A stretch of 64,000 bases of DNA, from assembly GCA_963845515.1 (NCBI GenBank), contig CAWJSR010000039.1, forward strand, positions 49,768-113,767. Reading direction: 5' to 3'. Source of the DNA: an uncultured delta proteobacterium (GTDB lineage: Bacteria; Myxococcota; Myxococcia; Myxococcales; Anaeromyxobacteraceae). Under the pieces are notes generated by a model. That model did no database searches. It saw only the letters and a program-made list of their open reading frames with translations, and was not told the origin of the DNA. Position numbers and translations under genes: made by a program. Of this stretch, positions 1-12,630 are shown piece by piece. Numbering within the stretch: position 1 is the first letter of the stretch; each line of letters opens with the position of its first letter.

Positions 1-442
1 CCGAGACGACCGAGATGCCCTGGGAGTCGCGGAGGGACTCCAGGTAGCCGGCGATGCCGTACCCCTGGACTGCGGAGAGGACGACGGTGCCGTAGCGCGT
101 GTACTGCGTGATCTTGCGCTGCCCCATCTCCCCTTCCTTCTTCAGCTGCTCGAGCGTCGGGACGACGACCGTGAGCAGCTGGAGGATGATGGAGGCCGAC
201 ACGTACGGCATGATGCCGAGCGCGAAGATGGAGAGCTGCTCGAGTGCGCCGCCGCTGAAGAGGTTGAAGAGCGAGAGCAGACCGCCGGTCTGCGCCAGGA
301 CGCTCTTCATCGCCTCGCGATTCACGCCTGGCGTGGTCACGAAGATGCCGAGGCGGTAGATCGCCAGCATCCCCAGCGTGAAGAGGAGCCGCTTCCGCAG
401 CTCCTCGATCCGGAACATGTTCGCGAGCCCGCTCGTCGCCAT
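1..442 (-). CDS. secY: Preprotein translocase SecY (5' part; runs off the window edge)
   Basis: Manual translation from ATG at 442: [32 protein letters not shown]...[32 protein letters not shown]...[15 protein letters not shown]; directly follows rplO. Confidence 0.97.
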   Translation of the reverse strand, partial: MATSGLANMFRIEELRKRLLFTLGMLAIYRLGIFVTTPGVNREAMKSVLAQTGGLLSLFNLFSGGALEQLSIFALGIMPYVSASIILQLLTVVVPTLEQLKKEGEMGQRKITQYTRYGTVVLSAVQGYGIAGYLESLRDSQGISVVS

Positions 443-498
443 GCGCACCCCTTGTCGGCGCGGCGCACGCCGCCGCCGCGCTCGCCTTCAACCGACTG

Positions 499-1002
499 CT
501 ACGCCTTGGCCTTGGCGCTCGCCGCCCGCTTGGCGGCCTTCTCGGCCTGGTACTTCGTCACGGGGGCCGGGATGAGCTCGATCTTGCCGCCGGCCTTCTC
601 GATCGCCGCGCGCGCGCCAGCCGTGACCCGGTGAACCTTGACGCTCACCGCGCTCTTGAGCTCGCCGCCCGCGAGGATCACGACCGCATCCGCCGCCTTG
701 CCGACGAGCCCCGCCGCCTTCATCGCGGCAGGATCGACGATCCCCTGGAGCCCGTCGAGATCGCCCGCCCTGACCTCGGCGAACTCACGGCGGTGGATGT
801 TGTTGAAGCCGAACTTCGGAAGGCGCCGCTGCAGCGGCATCTGGCCGCCTTCGAAGCCTTCGAAGCGCATGTTGCCGGAGCGGGCCTTCTGGCCCTTGCC
901 GCCGCGGCCGGCCGTCTTGCCGAGACCGGACGCCTGCCCACGGCCGACGCGCTTGCGAACCTTGGTCGCGCCCTTGGGCACGCTGAGCTTGTTCAGAGAC
1001 AT
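499..1002 (-). CDS. rplO: 50S ribosomal protein L15
   Basis: RKRVGRG..SGLGKTAGRGGKGQKAR and FEGGQMPL.RRLPKFGF motifs; spc operon position. Confidence 0.98.
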   Translation of the reverse strand: MSLNKLSVPKGATKVRKRVGRGQASGLGKTAGRGGKGQKARSGNMRFEGFEGGQMPLQRRLPKFGFNNIHRREFAEVRAGDLDGLQGIVDPAAMKAAGLVGKAADAVVILAGGELKSAVSVKVHRVTAGARAAIEKAGGKIELIPAPVTKYQAEKAAKRAASAKAKA

Positions 1003-1038
1003 GATGAGGTGACTCCTTTTATCACGCGGGGTGCGCGG

Positions 1039-1272
1039 CTACGAGCGCGCGGCCTTCGCCTTGCGGGCCTTGCGGCCGATCGGCGCGGGGGCGTCGACCT
1101 TCTCCCACTCGATGAGGTACGCGACCTTCTCGATCATCCCCATGGTCTGGGGCGTGTCCGGGAGGATCTTCGTGGAATTGGTCTTCTTGAGGCCGAGCCC
1201 CTGGACCGTGATCCGCTGGCCCGCGGGAACGCCCGCGAGCCCCCTGATGAGCTTCACCTTGATGGCAGCCAT
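1039..1272 (-). CDS. rpmD: 50S ribosomal protein L30
   Basis: IKVKLIRG...TVQGLGL.K...GMIEKV pattern; between rpsE and rplO; basic C-terminal tail. Confidence 0.95.
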   Translation of the reverse strand: MAAIKVKLIRGLAGVPAGQRITVQGLGLKKTNSTKILPDTPQTMGMIEKVAYLIEWEKVDAPAPIGRKARKAKAARS

Positions 1273-1290
1273 CGATTAGTTCCTTCCTAG

Positions 1291-1797
1291 CTAGGCGCCC
1301 GTGATCTCGGCGACCTGCTTGCCGCGCAGGCGGGCAACGTCCTCGACGTTGCGAAGCCGCTTGAGGCCGGCGACCGTCGCCTTCAGGACGTTGTGCGGGT
1401 TCCGGGAACCCTGGCACTTGGTGAGCACGTTGCGGATGCCGGCCGACTCGAGGACGGCGCGAACGGCGCCGCCGGCGATGACGCCGGTACCCTCACCGGC
1501 CGGCTTGAGGAGCACCTTGCCGGCGCCGAAGACCCCGATGACCTCGTGCGGGATCGTCGTGCCGATCATCGGCACCCTGAAGAGGTTCTTCTTCGCCTGG
1601 TCGCCACCCTTGCGGATGGCCTCAGGGACCTCGTTCGCCTTGCCGAGGCCGACGCCGACATGACCCTGGCCGTCACCGACGACGACCAGCGCCGAGAAGC
1701 TGAAGCGGCGGCCGCCCTTCACGACCTTGGCGACGCGGTTGATGTGGACCACTCGGTCCGTAAGCTCGAGCTCGTTCGCGTTGATGGGAGTAGCCAT
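1291..1797 (-). CDS. rpsE: 30S ribosomal protein S5
   Basis: [39 protein letters not shown]. Confidence 0.99.
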   Translation of the reverse strand: MATPINANELELTDRVVHINRVAKVVKGGRRFSFSALVVVGDGQGHVGVGLGKANEVPEAIRKGGDQAKKNLFRVPMIGTTIPHEVIGVFGAGKVLLKPAGEGTGVIAGGAVRAVLESAGIRNVLTKCQGSRNPHNVLKATVAGLKRLRNVEDVARLRGKQVAEITGA

Positions 1798-1821
1798 TCG
1801 TTCTCCGTGTTCCCGTCGGGC

Positions 1822-2181
1822 CTAGAACTCGAGGCCCGCGTCGCGCGCTGCTGCGGCAACCGCCTCGATACGGCCGTGGTAGTCGAAACCGTTCCGGTCG
1901 AACACGGCCCGGGTGATCCCCTTCGCCGCCGCCGCCTTGGCGAGCGCGGCGCCGACCTTCTTGGCGGCCTCGGACTTGTCGGCGTCGCCGACCTCGCCCT
2001 TGAGCGCCTTCGCGGTCGTGCTCATGCTCACCAGGGTCTTCCCGGCGACGTCGTCCACTAGCTGGGCGTACATGTGCTTGAGGCTCTTGTAGACGGTGAG
2101 GCGCGGACGCTCCGCGGTGCCGCTGATCTTCCTGCGGATGCGGGCCTTGCGCTTCTCGCGCGGCGTGACGTGCTTTGCCAT
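1822..2181 (-). CDS. rplR: 50S ribosomal protein L18
   Basis: [28 protein letters not shown]. Confidence 0.98.
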   Translation of the reverse strand: MAKHVTPREKRKARIRRKISGTAERPRLTVYKSLKHMYAQLVDDVAGKTLVSMSTTAKALKGEVGDADKSEAAKKVGAALAKAAAAKGITRAVFDRNGFDYHGRIEAVAAAARDAGLEF

Positions 2182-2241
2182 GATCTCTCTCCTCCTTGCG
2201 GCGGCGGTGGGTCAGCCGCCGCATGAGCGGGTTAGTGCCGG

Positions 2242-2784
2242 TTAGGCGGCGCCGGTCTTGCCTTCCTTGCGCCGCACGATCTCCTCCGCGTACTTGATGC
2301 CCTTGCCCTTGTAGGGCTCGGGCTCGCGGAGGCCGCGGATCTTCGCCGCGGTCAGGCCGAGCAGGTGCTTGTCGACGCCCCTGACCGTGAGGCGGGTCTG
2401 CTTGGGATCGACCTCGGCGGTGATCCCCTCGGGCAGCTTGTAGACGACGGGGTGCGAGAAGCCGAGGGCGAAGTGGATGTCCTTGCCCTTGACCTCCGCC
2501 TTGAAGCCGACGCCGCTGATCTCGAGGACCCGCTCGTAGCCCTTGGAGACGCCGTCGATGGCGTTGCGCACCAGGGTGCGGGTCAGGCCGTGGAGCCCAC
2601 GGGCCAGCCGGCTATCGTCCGGGCGGAGGACCTTCACCTCGCCGGTGCCGACCTCGACCTTCATGATGGCGTTGAAGGGCATGGTCATCTTGCCCTTCGG
2701 CCCCTCGACCTTGAGCACGTTCCCGGCGACGGAGACCTTCACCTTCTCCGGGATCTTGATTGGAAGCTTGCCGATTCGAGACAT
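2242..2784 (-). CDS. rplF: 50S ribosomal protein L6
   Basis: MSRIGKLPI, LGFSHPV, PEPYKGKGIKY. Confidence 0.99.
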   Translation of the reverse strand: MSRIGKLPIKIPEKVKVSVAGNVLKVEGPKGKMTMPFNAIMKVEVGTGEVKVLRPDDSRLARGLHGLTRTLVRNAIDGVSKGYERVLEISGVGFKAEVKGKDIHFALGFSHPVVYKLPEGITAEVDPKQTRLTVRGVDKHLLGLTAAKIRGLREPEPYKGKGIKYAEEIVRRKEGKTGAA

Positions 2785-2795
2785 GGACGGCTCCG

Positions 2796-3194
2796 TTACC
2801 AGACGGTGCAGATGAGCTCGCCGCCCACCTGCTGCTTGCGAGCCTCGCGATCGACCAGGACCCCCTTCGAGGTCGAGAGGATCGCGATACCCATGCCGTT
2901 CAGCACGCGCGGAATCTCGTCTGTCGAGACGTAGCGGCGGAGCCCGGGCTTCGAGACTCGCTTGATGTCGCTGATCGCGGGTTCGCGATCAGCGCTGTAT
3001 TTCAGGAGGACCGTGATGGCCCCCTGTGGGCCGTCCTGGTGGACGACGAAGTCCTTGATGAACCCTTCGTCGCGCAGCACCTCGGCGATCCGGACCTTGA
3101 GCCGGGACGCCGGGACCAGCACCTTTTCATGACGCGCCGCGGAAGCATTCCGGATGCGCGTCAGCATGTCGCCAATGGGGTCGGTGAAGCTCAT
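2796..3194 (-). CDS. rpsH: 30S ribosomal protein S8
   Basis: [31 protein letters not shown]. Confidence 0.99.
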   Translation of the reverse strand: MSFTDPIGDMLTRIRNASAARHEKVLVPASRLKVRIAEVLRDEGFIKDFVVHQDGPQGAITVLLKYSADREPAISDIKRVSKPGLRRYVSTDEIPRVLNGMGIAILSTSKGVLVDREARKQQVGGELICTVW

Positions 3195-3209
3195 TCTCTC
3201 GATCTCCCT

Positions 3210-3395
3210 CTACCAGCTCGACTTGATGACGCCCGGGATCTCGCCCTGGAGCGCGCGCTTGCGGAAGCAGATGCGGCACATCTGGAACTTGCGCAGGAAG
3301 GCGCGAGGGCGGCCGCAGATCGGGCAGCGGTTGTACTGCCGCACCGGAAACTTCAGCTTGCGCTTCGCCTGCGCCATCTTGGAAAGCTTGGCCAT
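3210..3395 (-). CDS. rpsN: 30S ribosomal protein S14, short zinc-binding (C+/type Z) form
   Basis: 61 aa with CPICGR and CRIC, ends IPGVIKSSW. Confidence 0.98.
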   Translation of the reverse strand: MAKLSKMAQAKRKLKFPVRQYNRCPICGRPRAFLRKFQMCRICFRKRALQGEIPGVIKSSW

Positions 3396-3419
3396 GGTTT
3401 CTCCTCGTGGGTTCCGACG

Positions 3420-3962
3420 CTACTGGCGGAACGGCATGCCGAGGAGGCGCAGCAGCGCGCGCCCTTCCTCGTCGTTCCGGGCGGTCGTAACCACGGTGAT
3501 GTTCAGCCCCTTGATCTTCTCGATCTTGTCGTAGTTGATCTCGGGGAAGATGATCTGCTCGCGCAGCCCGAGCGTGTAGTTGCCCTTGCCGTCGAAAGCC
3601 TTCGGCGACACGCCCTTGAAGTCACGGACGCGCGGCAGCGCGATCGAGACCAGACGGTCGAAGAACTCGTACATCCTGTCGCCGCGGAGGGTCACCATCG
3701 CACCGATGCTCTGGCCCTGACGCAGCTTGAAGTTCGCGATCGACTTGCGCGCCTTGGTCACCACCGGCTTCTGGCCCGTGATTGCGGCGAGCTGCTCCAC
3801 CGATGCGTCGATGATCTTGCCGTTGTTGATCGCCTCGCCCAGCCCCATGTTGACGACGATCTTCTCCAGGCGGGGAGCCTGCATCGGGTTGGCCCACCCG
3901 AACTCCTTCAGGAGCTCGGGGAGGAGTTCCTTCTCGAATCTGTCCTTGAGCCGCGCTGCCAT
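3420..3962 (-). CDS. rplE: 50S ribosomal protein L5
   Basis: [36 protein letters not shown]; second ATG (3962) fits the AGGAG SD spacing better than 3968. Confidence 0.98.
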   Translation of the reverse strand: MAARLKDRFEKELLPELLKEFGWANPMQAPRLEKIVVNMGLGEAINNGKIIDASVEQLAAITGQKPVVTKARKSIANFKLRQGQSIGAMVTLRGDRMYEFFDRLVSIALPRVRDFKGVSPKAFDGKGNYTLGLREQIIFPEINYDKIEKIKGLNITVVTTARNDEEGRALLRLLGMPFRQ

Positions 3963-4025
3963 CTTCATCTCCTTGCCTTCGTCCGGCGCCTGCGCTGCCG
4001 GGCGATGCGAACCTGCGTTCGGTTG

Positions 4026-4343
4026 CTACTTGGCCGCGCGCTTGTCGGCGCGGGCCTTTTCCCTGGCCCCCAGCTCGCGCGCGATCTTCTCGCGCCGGAC
4101 CGGCTTGCCATCCTTGCCGACGACCATCACGTTGGAGATCTCGATGGAGCCGATCTTCTCGATGATGCCGCCCTCCTGATTCGCCTGGCTGCGGCCGCGC
4201 TTGAGGTGCCGCTTGGCCTTCATCAGCCCTTCGACGCGGACGCGACCCTTCGCGGCCAGCACCTCGAGGACCGTGCCGGTGTTGCCACGCTCCTGGCCGG
4301 CGATGACCTTGACCTTGTCGCCCTTGCGGATCGTGGTGGCCAT
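4026..4343 (-). CDS. rplX: 50S ribosomal protein L24 (divergent C-terminus)
   Basis: IRKGDKVKVIAG KOW motif, GGIIEK...ISNV; between rplN and rplE. Confidence 0.95.
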   Translation of the reverse strand: MATTIRKGDKVKVIAGQERGNTGTVLEVLAAKGRVRVEGLMKAKRHLKRGRSQANQEGGIIEKIGSIEISNVMVVGKDGKPVRREKIARELGAREKARADKRAAK

Positions 4344-4711
4344 TAGAGGACCTCCGGCGCGAGGCTGATGATCTTCATGAACTTGCGGGCGCGGAGCTCG
4401 CGTGCGACCGGCCCGAAGATGCGGGTGCCGATCGGCTCGAGATCCTTGTTGATGAGGACGGCGCTGTTCCCGTCGAACCGGATGTAGCTGCCATCCGGCC
4501 GCTGGACCTCGCGCGCCGTGCGGACGATGACCGCCCGGGCGACCTCGCCCTTCTTCACCTTGGCCTGCGGGATCGCCTCTCGCACCGACACCACGATGAC
4601 GTCACCGATGCTCGCGTACCTGCGGCGGCTGCCGCCGAGCACCTTGATGCACATCACCTTCTTGGCGCCGGAGTTGTCGGCGACGTCGAGGATCGTCTGT
4701 TGCTGGATCAT
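4343..4711 (-). CDS. rplN: 50S ribosomal protein L14
   Basis: [40 protein letters not shown]. Confidence 0.99.
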   Translation of the reverse strand: MIQQQTILDVADNSGAKKVMCIKVLGGSRRRYASIGDVIVVSVREAIPQAKVKKGEVARAVIVRTAREVQRPDGSYIRFDGNSAVLINKDLEPIGTRIFGPVARELRARKFMKIISLAPEVL

Positions 4712-4714
4712 GGG

Positions 4715-4987
4715 CTAGACCTCCGCGCCCTTCTCGATGGTCTCGACCACGCGCCAGCGCTTGGTCTTGGAGAGCGGCCGGCTCTCGGCGATCCGCACGC
4801 GGTCGCCGACCTTGCACTGCTGCTCCTCGTCGTGCGCCGTGTACTTCTTGGCGCGGTTGACGATCTTCCCGTACTGGCTGTCCGGCACCCGGCGCTCGAC
4901 CCGAACGACGACGGTCTTCGCCATCTTGTTCGAGACCACGACGCCGACGCGGGTCTTTCGATTTCGACGCTGCTCCATGTCGGTCAC
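4715..4987 (-). CDS. rpsQ: 30S ribosomal protein S17
   Basis: [28 protein letters not shown]. Confidence 0.98.
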   Translation of the reverse strand: MTDMEQRRNRKTRVGVVVSNKMAKTVVVRVERRVPDSQYGKIVNRAKKYTAHDEEQQCKVGDRVRIAESRPLSKTKRWRVVETIEKGAEV

Positions 4988-5202
4988 TCCTTCTTCCCGG
5001 CCTGAGCCGCCTGGCCCTGCTTCTCGCGGGCGATTGTGAGGCAGCGGGCCACGTCGCGCCGCGTCTCGGCGAGCGCGGCGGTCGAGTCGAGCACGCCGGT
5101 GACGTGCTTGTTCTTGAGCTCGAAGAGCGTCTGCTCGAGCTCCTTGGCGCGGGCGATGAGCTCGTCCGCTGAGAGCTCGCGCAGCTCCTTGATGGTCGCC
5201 AT
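4984..5202 (-). CDS. rpmC: 50S ribosomal protein L29
   Basis: ELRELS..EL...RRDVAR.LT helical pattern; between rplP and rpsQ. Confidence 0.95.
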   Translation of the reverse strand: MATIKELRELSADELIARAKELEQTLFELKNKHVTGVLDSTAALAETRRDVARCLTIAREKQGQAAQAGKKE

Positions 5203-5212
5203 GGCAGCCTCC

Positions 5213-5629
5213 TTACAGAGTCTCGCCGCGCTTTACGACGCGCGTGGAGACGGGCAGCTTGTGAGCGGCGAGGGTGAACGCCTTCTTCGCGATTTCGTCG
5301 GTCACGCCGACCATCTCGTAGAGGATGCGCCCCGGCTTCACCACGGCGACGTAGTACTCCACGTTGCCCTTGCCGGTGCCCATTCGGGTCTCAGCCGGCT
5401 TCTTGGTGATCGGCTTGTCCGGGAACACCCGGATCCAGAGCTTCCCGCCCTTCTTCACGTAGCGGGTGATGGCGACGCGGGCCGCCTCGATCTGGCGAGC
5501 CGTGAGCCAACCACACTCCGTGGCCGCGAGGCCGTACTCGCCCTGAGCGAGATCGGATCCCCGGTAGGCCTTGCCGCGCATGCGGCCCTTCATCATCTTG
5601 CGATATTTAGTTCGCGCCGGCTGAAGCAT
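5213..5629 (-). CDS. rplP: 50S ribosomal protein L16
   Basis: [40 protein letters not shown]. Confidence 0.99.
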   Translation of the reverse strand: MLQPARTKYRKMMKGRMRGKAYRGSDLAQGEYGLAATECGWLTARQIEAARVAITRYVKKGGKLWIRVFPDKPITKKPAETRMGTGKGNVEYYVAVVKPGRILYEMVGVTDEIAKKAFTLAAHKLPVSTRVVKRGETL

Positions 5630-5659
5630 TGCCGTCTCCTGGTGTCCTGGTGCTCGCGG

Positions 5660-6334
5660 CTACGGCCGGGCGCCGCCGGTGCCGCGCGCAGGGCGCGCAC
5701 CCGACGACTGCGGCAGAACCTCGCCGCGCATGATCCAGACCTTGCAGCCGATCTTCCCGTAGGTCGTCTTGGCCTCGGCGAACCCGTAGTCGATGTCCGC
5801 ACGAAGCGTGTGGAGCGGAACGCGCCCCTCGCGGTACCACTCGTACCGCGCCATCTCGGCGCCGCCGAGCCGGCCGGAGCACGCGACCCGGATCCCCTTC
5901 GCGCCGAACTTGAGCGAGGTCTGGACCGCCTTCTTCATCGCACGCCGGAAGGCGATGCGCCGCTCGAGCTGCGTCGCGATGTTCTCCGCGACGAGCTGCG
6001 CGTCGGTCTCGGCCTTGCGGACCTCGACCACGTTGAAGAAGACCTCGTTCTCCGTCAGCGCCTGGAGGTCCTTCTTGATCGTCTCGATCCCAGCGCCGCG
6101 CTTGCCGATGACGATCCCGGGGCGCGCGGTGTGGACGTTGATCTTGACCTTGTTGGCCGCGCGCTCGATCTCGACACGGGAGATGCCCGCCTGCGCGAGC
6201 TTCTCCTTGACGAACTCACGAAGCTTGATGTCCTCGTGGAGCCACTTGGCGTAGTTCTTCTCTTCGTACCACTTCGAGTCCCAGGTGCGGATGACCCCGA
6301 GGCGGAACCCGATTGGGTGAACTTTCTGTCCCAC
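5660..6334 (-). CDS. rpsC: 30S ribosomal protein S3
   Basis: GTG start; [37 protein letters not shown]. Confidence 0.99.
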   Translation of the reverse strand: MGQKVHPIGFRLGVIRTWDSKWYEEKNYAKWLHEDIKLREFVKEKLAQAGISRVEIERAANKVKINVHTARPGIVIGKRGAGIETIKKDLQALTENEVFFNVVEVRKAETDAQLVAENIATQLERRIAFRRAMKKAVQTSLKFGAKGIRVACSGRLGGAEMARYEWYREGRVPLHTLRADIDYGFAEAKTTYGKIGCKVWIMRGEVLPQSSGARPARGTGGARP

Positions 6335-6348
6335 GTTCGTCTCCTTGC

Positions 6349-6792
6349 CTAGCCGCGGGCGGCGATGCCGAGTTCCACGTAAACGTGGCTGGTCTTCTTC
6401 TCGATCTTGGTGGCGCGCCCCATGGCCCGTGCCATGAAGCGGCGCATCTTCGGGCCCTGGTCGACGAGCAGCGTCTTGACGAAGAGCGCGTCCACGTCGA
6501 CGTTGCCGCCCTTCTGCTCGGCATTGGCGACCGCCGACCGCAGCAGCTTGGCGAGGTGGCTCGCTGCCGCCTGCGGCGTGAACTTGAGCAGCGCCAGCGC
6601 GTCACCGACCTTCATCCCCCGCACCTCGTTCGCGACCAACCGCACCTTGCGGGGGGTCACGCCCAGGTAACGGAGCGTGGCGTGCGGGCCGTCCGGGCGC
6701 TTGGCTTCGCGCCGGGCTGCCTTCACTTCCTTGCGGCTCACCCTCGGCTTCGCCGGGGCAGCCTCGACCTTCTTGGTCTTCTTCTCGGCCAT
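6349..6792 (-). CDS. rplV: 50S ribosomal protein L22 with basic N-terminal extension
   Basis: [26 protein letters not shown] at 6792 follows AGGGAG SD just after the rpsS stop. Confidence 0.96.
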   Translation of the reverse strand: MAEKKTKKVEAAPAKPRVSRKEVKAARREAKRPDGPHATLRYLGVTPRKVRLVANEVRGMKVGDALALLKFTPQAAASHLAKLLRSAVANAEQKGGNVDVDALFVKTLLVDQGPKMRRFMARAMGRATKIEKKTSHVYVELGIAARG

Positions 6793-6805
6793 GATCGAAC
6801 GCTCC

Positions 6806-7105
6806 CTACTTCTTGGGCGGGCCCGCCGAAGCGGAGGCCGCCTTCTTCTCGGCCGAGTGGCCGTGGAAGGTGCGGGTCGGGGCGAACTCGCCGAGCTTGT
6901 GGCCAACCATGTTCTCGGTCACGAAGACGGGAACGAACTTCCGCCCGTTGTGGACCGCGAACGTGTTGCCGACGAAGTCCGGCAGGATGGTGCTCCGCCG
7001 CGACCAGGTCTTGATGACCGCCTTCTTGTTGGTCTTGTTCGCGTCCTCGACCTTCTTGGTGAGGTGCTTGTCTGCGAACGGACCCTTCTTGATCGAACGC
7101 GCCAT
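6806..7105 (-). CDS. rpsS: 30S ribosomal protein S19
   Basis: [32 protein letters not shown]. Confidence 0.99.
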   Translation of the reverse strand: MARSIKKGPFADKHLTKKVEDANKTNKKAVIKTWSRRSTILPDFVGNTFAVHNGRKFVPVFVTENMVGHKLGEFAPTRTFHGHSAEKKAASASAGPPKK

Positions 7106-7125
7106 GCGTCAGTCCTTCCCGTCCG

Positions 7126-7974
7126 CTACTGCGGCGTATTGCGAATGCCGGGCTTGCGGCGGCTAACGATGAACTTGTCGGTGCGGCGGTTGTTGCGGGT
7201 CTTGAGCCCCTTGGTCTTCTGGCCCCAGGGGGAAACCGGGTGCGGGTTACCCTGCCCCGACTTGCCCTCGCCACCACCGTGCGGGTGATCGACGGGGTTC
7301 ATCGCGAGGCCGCGGACCGTCGGCCGGATACCCAGCCAGCGGCTCTTGCCGGCCTTGCCGACCCGGACCGCGGAGCTCTCGATGTTCGAGAGCTGACCGA
7401 TGGTCGCCTTGCAGTCGACCAGGACCTGGCGGACCTCACCGGAGGGCAGCCGGATCTGCGCGTACTTCCCCTCCTTCGCCATGAGCTGGCCGAAGGAGCC
7501 CGCAGACCTGATCATCTTCGAGCCGGAGCCGGGCTGCGCCTCGACGTTGTGGATGATCGTGCCGACCGGGATGGCCCGGACGGGCAGCGCGTTCCCGGGG
7601 CGGACGTCGACGGCGTCGCCCGAGACGAGCGTGTCGCCGACGCTGACGCCGATGGGCGCCAGGATGTAGCGCTTCTCGCCGTCCAGGTAGTGGAGCAGCG
7701 CGATGCGCGCGGTGCGGTTCGGGTCGTACTCGATGGAGGCGACCTTGGCCGGCACGCCGTCCTTGTCACGCCGCCAGTCGATGAGCCGGTAGCGCCGCTT
7801 GTGGCCGCCGCCGATGTGACGGGTAGTGATGTGCCCGTGGTTGTTGCGCCCGCCCGACTTCTTCATCGCGACGGTGAGCTTCTTCTCGGGCTTCGCCTTG
7901 GTGATCTCGGCGAAGTCCGACACCGTCATGTGGCGCCGGGCGGCGCTGGTAGGCTTGTATTCCTTGAGGGCCAT
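7126..7974 (-). CDS. rplB: 50S ribosomal protein L2
   Basis: [33 protein letters not shown]. Confidence 0.99.
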   Translation of the reverse strand: MALKEYKPTSAARRHMTVSDFAEITKAKPEKKLTVAMKKSGGRNNHGHITTRHIGGGHKRRYRLIDWRRDKDGVPAKVASIEYDPNRTARIALLHYLDGEKRYILAPIGVSVGDTLVSGDAVDVRPGNALPVRAIPVGTIIHNVEAQPGSGSKMIRSAGSFGQLMAKEGKYAQIRLPSGEVRQVLVDCKATIGQLSNIESSAVRVGKAGKSRWLGIRPTVRGLAMNPVDHPHGGGEGKSGQGNPHPVSPWGQKTKGLKTRNNRRTDKFIVSRRKPGIRNTPQ

Positions 7975-7992
7975 GATCTCTCCGTCCCCTGC

Positions 7993-8286
7993 CTACGTCC
8001 CCTCGAAGAGGGCGATCGTCTCGCCCTCCTTCAAGGTCACGAAGGCCTTCTTCCAGTTGGGGCGGCGGCCGATGCTCCGGCCCACCCGCTTGTTCTTCCC
8101 ACGGATCACCGCGGTGCGGACCGCGAGGACGTGGACGTTGAACAGCTTCTCGACCGCCTGCTTGACCTGGATCTTGGTCGCGTCGCGGTGGACCTCGAAG
8201 GCGAACTGCCTGCTCTCGGCCCTGTTCCGCTCGGACTTCTCGGTGACGAGCGGACGCTTTACCACGTCCTGGATGACGAGGTTCAT
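7993..8286 (-). CDS. rplW: 50S ribosomal protein L23
   Basis: [33 protein letters not shown] overlaps the rplD stop (ATGA). Confidence 0.97.
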   Translation of the reverse strand: MNLVIQDVVKRPLVTEKSERNRAESRQFAFEVHRDATKIQVKQAVEKLFNVHVLAVRTAVIRGKNKRVGRSIGRRPNWKKAFVTLKEGETIALFEGT

Positions 8287-8903
8287 GACAGGCTGGCCTC
8301 CAGCTTCTTGGCAGTCGAAGCGGTGAGGATGAGCACGTCGTGGTTGAGGATGTCGTAGACGTTGAGCCCCTCGACCGCGAGGAAGTCGGCGCCCGCGATG
8401 TTCCTCACCGACCTGGCGAGGTTCACGTTGATGGCGCCGTCGACGACGAGCGCGCGGGGGGTCCCGAGCTTCTCGAGGATCGACGCGGCACCCTTCGTGC
8501 CCGGCTTTCCCGGCTCCCACTTGTCCAGGATGAGGAGCTTCTGCTCCTTGGCCCGGAGCGCGAGCGCGGAGCGCAGCGCGAGCCGACGCACCTGCTTCGG
8601 CACGTCGTAGGAGTAGTCGCGCGGCTTGGGGCCCATGGCCTTGCCGCCTCCCACGAACTGGCTGGCGCGGGTGGAGCCCTGGCGCGCGCGCCCCGTGTGC
8701 TTCTGCTTCCAGGGCTTCTTGCCGCCGCCGCTCACGAGTGAGCGGTTCTTCACTGCGTGGGTGCCCGAGCGGTCGGAGGCGAGCTTCGCCTTGACGACCT
8801 CGTAGAACAGCTGCTCGTTCACCTCGCCAGCGAAGACGGCGTCGGCGAGATCAAGCTCGCCCACCTTCTTCTTGTCGAGATCGTAGACGTCGAACTTGGC
8901 CAT
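8283..8903 (-). CDS. rplD: 50S ribosomal protein L4
   Basis: [34 protein letters not shown]. Confidence 0.98.
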   Translation of the reverse strand: MAKFDVYDLDKKKVGELDLADAVFAGEVNEQLFYEVVKAKLASDRSGTHAVKNRSLVSGGGKKPWKQKHTGRARQGSTRASQFVGGGKAMGPKPRDYSYDVPKQVRRLALRSALALRAKEQKLLILDKWEPGKPGTKGAASILEKLGTPRALVVDGAINVNLARSVRNIAGADFLAVEGLNVYDILNHDVLILTASTAKKLEASLS

Positions 8904-8914
8904 GATCGCCTCTG

Positions 8915-9220
8915 CTACTTGATCTCCACGTCCACGCCCGCCGACAGGTCGAGCTTCATGAGCGCGTCGAGGGTCTGGGACGTAGGCTCCAGGATGTCCA
9001 GGAGCCGCTTGTGCGTCCTGATCTCGAACTGCTCACGCGACTTCTTGTCGACGTGCGGGCTGCGGAGAACCGTGAACTTGTTGATCCGGGTGGGCAGCGG
9101 GATAGGGCCGGCGACCTTCGCGCCGGTCCGCTTCGCCGTCTCCACGATCTCGCCGGCCGACTGGTCGAGCAGCTTGTAGTCGTAGGCCTTGAGCCGGATC
9201 CGAATCTTCTGAGTCGCCAT
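8915..9220 (-). CDS. rpsJ: 30S ribosomal protein S10
   Basis: [37 protein letters not shown]. Confidence 0.99.
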   Translation of the reverse strand: MATQKIRIRLKAYDYKLLDQSAGEIVETAKRTGAKVAGPIPLPTRINKFTVLRSPHVDKKSREQFEIRTHKRLLDILEPTSQTLDALMKLDLSAGVDVEIK

Positions 9221-9310
9221 CGAAAAGCCTTCCGTTCAGTCAGCGCTGCGCGGCACCCACTCTCCGGCCCCAATGCCGGGGGAGGATGCCGCCGTTCGCC
9301 GGGAACGCTG

Positions 9311-10501
<1,191 letters not shown>

Positions 10502-10539
10502 GGCTAGCTCCCCTTCGGTACCTGGACGTCCCGGCGTCC

Positions 10540-12630
10540 CTACTTCGTGTCCGCAGCGCCCTTCGCCTTGGAGATGATGGTCTCGGCGATGCTGTTCGGG
10601 ACCTGCGCGTAGTGATCGAACTGCATGGTGTACGTCGCGCGCCCCTGCGTCTTCGACCGCAGATCCGTCGCGTAGCCGAACATCTCGGCCAGCGGGACCT
10701 GCGCCTCGATGACCTGTGCGCCGTGCTTCTGCTCCATCCCCTGGATCTTGCCGCGGCGGCTGTTGAGGTCGCCGATCACGTCGCCCATGTAGTCGTCGGG
10801 CGTCACGACCTCGACCCCCATGACCGGCTCGAGCAGGATGGGCGTGGCCCTCGCGGCGCCTTCCTTGAAGCCCATCGACCCGGCGATCTTGAACGCCATC
10901 TCGTTCGAGTCGACGTCGTGGTAGCTGCCGTCGAAGACCTCGACCTTGATGTCGACCATCGGGTAGCCAGCGAGGATGCCGCCCTCCATGGCCTCCTCGA
11001 TCCCCTTGTCGATCGGCTTGATGAACTCCTTCGGGATGGTCCCGCCGACGGTCTCGTTCTCGAAGACGTAGCCGGTGCCCGGGGGCTGCGGGATGAGCCG
11101 CACCCAGCAGTGACCGTACTGACCCTTGCCGCCGGTCTGCCGGACGTACTTGCCCTCGGCCTCGACCGTCTTGGTGATCGTCTCGCGGTAGGCGACCTGG
11201 GGCTTGCCCACGTTCGCCTCGACCTTGAACTCGCGGAACATGCGGTCCACGAGGATCTCGAGGTGGAGCTCGCCCATCCCGCGCATGATGGTCTGGCCGG
11301 TCTCCTCGTCCGAGTGGACGCGGAAGGACGGGTCCTCCATCTGGAGCCGCTGGAGCGCGATGCCCATCTTGTCCTGGTCGGCCTTGGACTTCGGCTCGAC
11401 GGCGACCGAGATGACGGGCTCGGGGAAGATCATCCGCTCGAGGATGATCGGGGACGCCTCGTCGCAGAGCGTGTCGCCGGTGGTGGAGGCCTTGAGGCCG
11501 ACCGCCGCCGCGATGTCGCCGGCGTAGACTTCCTTGATCTCTTCGCGCTTGTTGGCGTGCATCTGGAGGATGCGGCCGATGCGCTCCTTCTTGTCCTTCG
11601 TCGCGTTCTGGACGTAGGACCCGGCCTCGAGCTTCCCCGAGTAGACGCGGAAGAAGGTGAGGTTCCCGACGAACGGGTCGTTCATGATCTTGAACGCCAG
11701 CGCGGAGAACGGCTCCTCGTCGGAGGTCTTGCGGACGATCTCCTCGCCCTTCGGGTTGATCCCCTTCATCGGCGGCTTGTCGAGGGGGCTCGGGAGGAAG
11801 TCGACGACGGCGTCGAGGATCTGCTGGACGCCCTTGTTCTTGAAGGCGGTGCCGCAGATGACCGGGAAGAAGGCCATCTCGAGCGTGCCCTTGCGGATCC
11901 CGCGGGTCACCTCGTCCTTCGTGAGCGGGTGGCCGTCGAGGAACTTGGCCATCAGCTCGTCGTCGATCTCGGCGACGGTCTCCTCCAGCTTGGCGCGGTA
12001 CTCCTTCGCCTGCTCGAGGAGGTCGGCGGGGATCTCGATCTCCTGGTACTTCGCGCCCATCGTCTCGTCGTCGAAGGTGATCCCCTTCATCTTGACGAGG
12101 TCGATCATGCCGCGGAACTTGTCCTCGGCGCCGATCGGGATCTGGATGGGGAGCGGCTTCGCGCCGAGCTTCTCGCGGATGGTGTCGACGGCGTGGAAGA
12201 AGTCGGCGCCGACGCGGTCCATCTTGTTGATGAAGCAGATGCGCGGGACCTTGTACTTGTTCCCCTGGCGCCAAACCGTCTCGGACTGGGGCTGCACGCC
12301 CTGCACGGCGTCGAACACGGCGCAGGCGCCGTCGAGGACGCGGAGGGACCGCTCGACCTCGATGGTGAAGTCGACGTGGCCGGGGGTGTCGATGATGTTC
12401 AGCCGGTGCTCACGCCAGAAGGCGGTGGTGGCCGCGGAGGTGATCGTGATTCCACGCTCACGCTCCTGCTCCATCCAGTCCATGACGGCGGTGCCTTCGT
12501 GGACTTCGCCGATCTTGTGGGTGACGCCGGTGTAGAAGAGGATGCGCTCGGTCGTGGTCGTCTTGCCGGCATCGATGTGCGCCATGATGCCGAAGTTGCG
12601 GTAGCGCTCGAGTGGACTGATGCGGGGCAT
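10540..12630 (-). CDS. fusA: Elongation factor G
   Basis: [40 protein letters not shown]. Confidence 0.99.
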   Translation of the reverse strand: MPRISPLERYRNFGIMAHIDAGKTTTTERILFYTGVTHKIGEVHEGTAVMDWMEQERERGITITSAATTAFWREHRLNIIDTPGHVDFTIEVERSLRVLDGACAVFDAVQGVQPQSETVWRQGNKYKVPRICFINKMDRVGADFFHAVDTIREKLGAKPLPIQIPIGAEDKFRGMIDLVKMKGITFDDETMGAKYQEIEIPADLLEQAKEYRAKLEETVAEIDDELMAKFLDGHPLTKDEVTRGIRKGTLEMAFFPVICGTAFKNKGVQQILDAVVDFLPSPLDKPPMKGINPKGEEIVRKTSDEEPFSALAFKIMNDPFVGNLTFFRVYSGKLEAGSYVQNATKDKKERIGRILQMHANKREEIKEVYAGDIAAAVGLKASTTGDTLCDEASPIILERMIFPEPVISVAVEPKSKADQDKMGIALQRLQMEDPSFRVHSDEETGQTIMRGMGELHLEILVDRMFREFKVEANVGKPQVAYRETITKTVEAEGKYVRQTGGKGQYGHCWVRLIPQPPGTGYVFENETVGGTIPKEFIKPIDKGIEEAMEGGILAGYPMVDIKVEVFDGSYHDVDSNEMAFKIAGSMGFKEGAARATPILLEPVMGVEVVTPDDYMGDVIGDLNSRRGKIQGMEQKHGAQVIEAQVPLAEMFGYATDLRSKTQGRATYTMQFDHYAQVPNSIAETIISKAKGAADTK

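Noticed and set aside
8915..8917. Stop-codon recoding, suggested by frequent TAG stops and S10 ending at EIK
   Set aside because: Proteins end at expected lengths; no in-frame stops inside conserved domains
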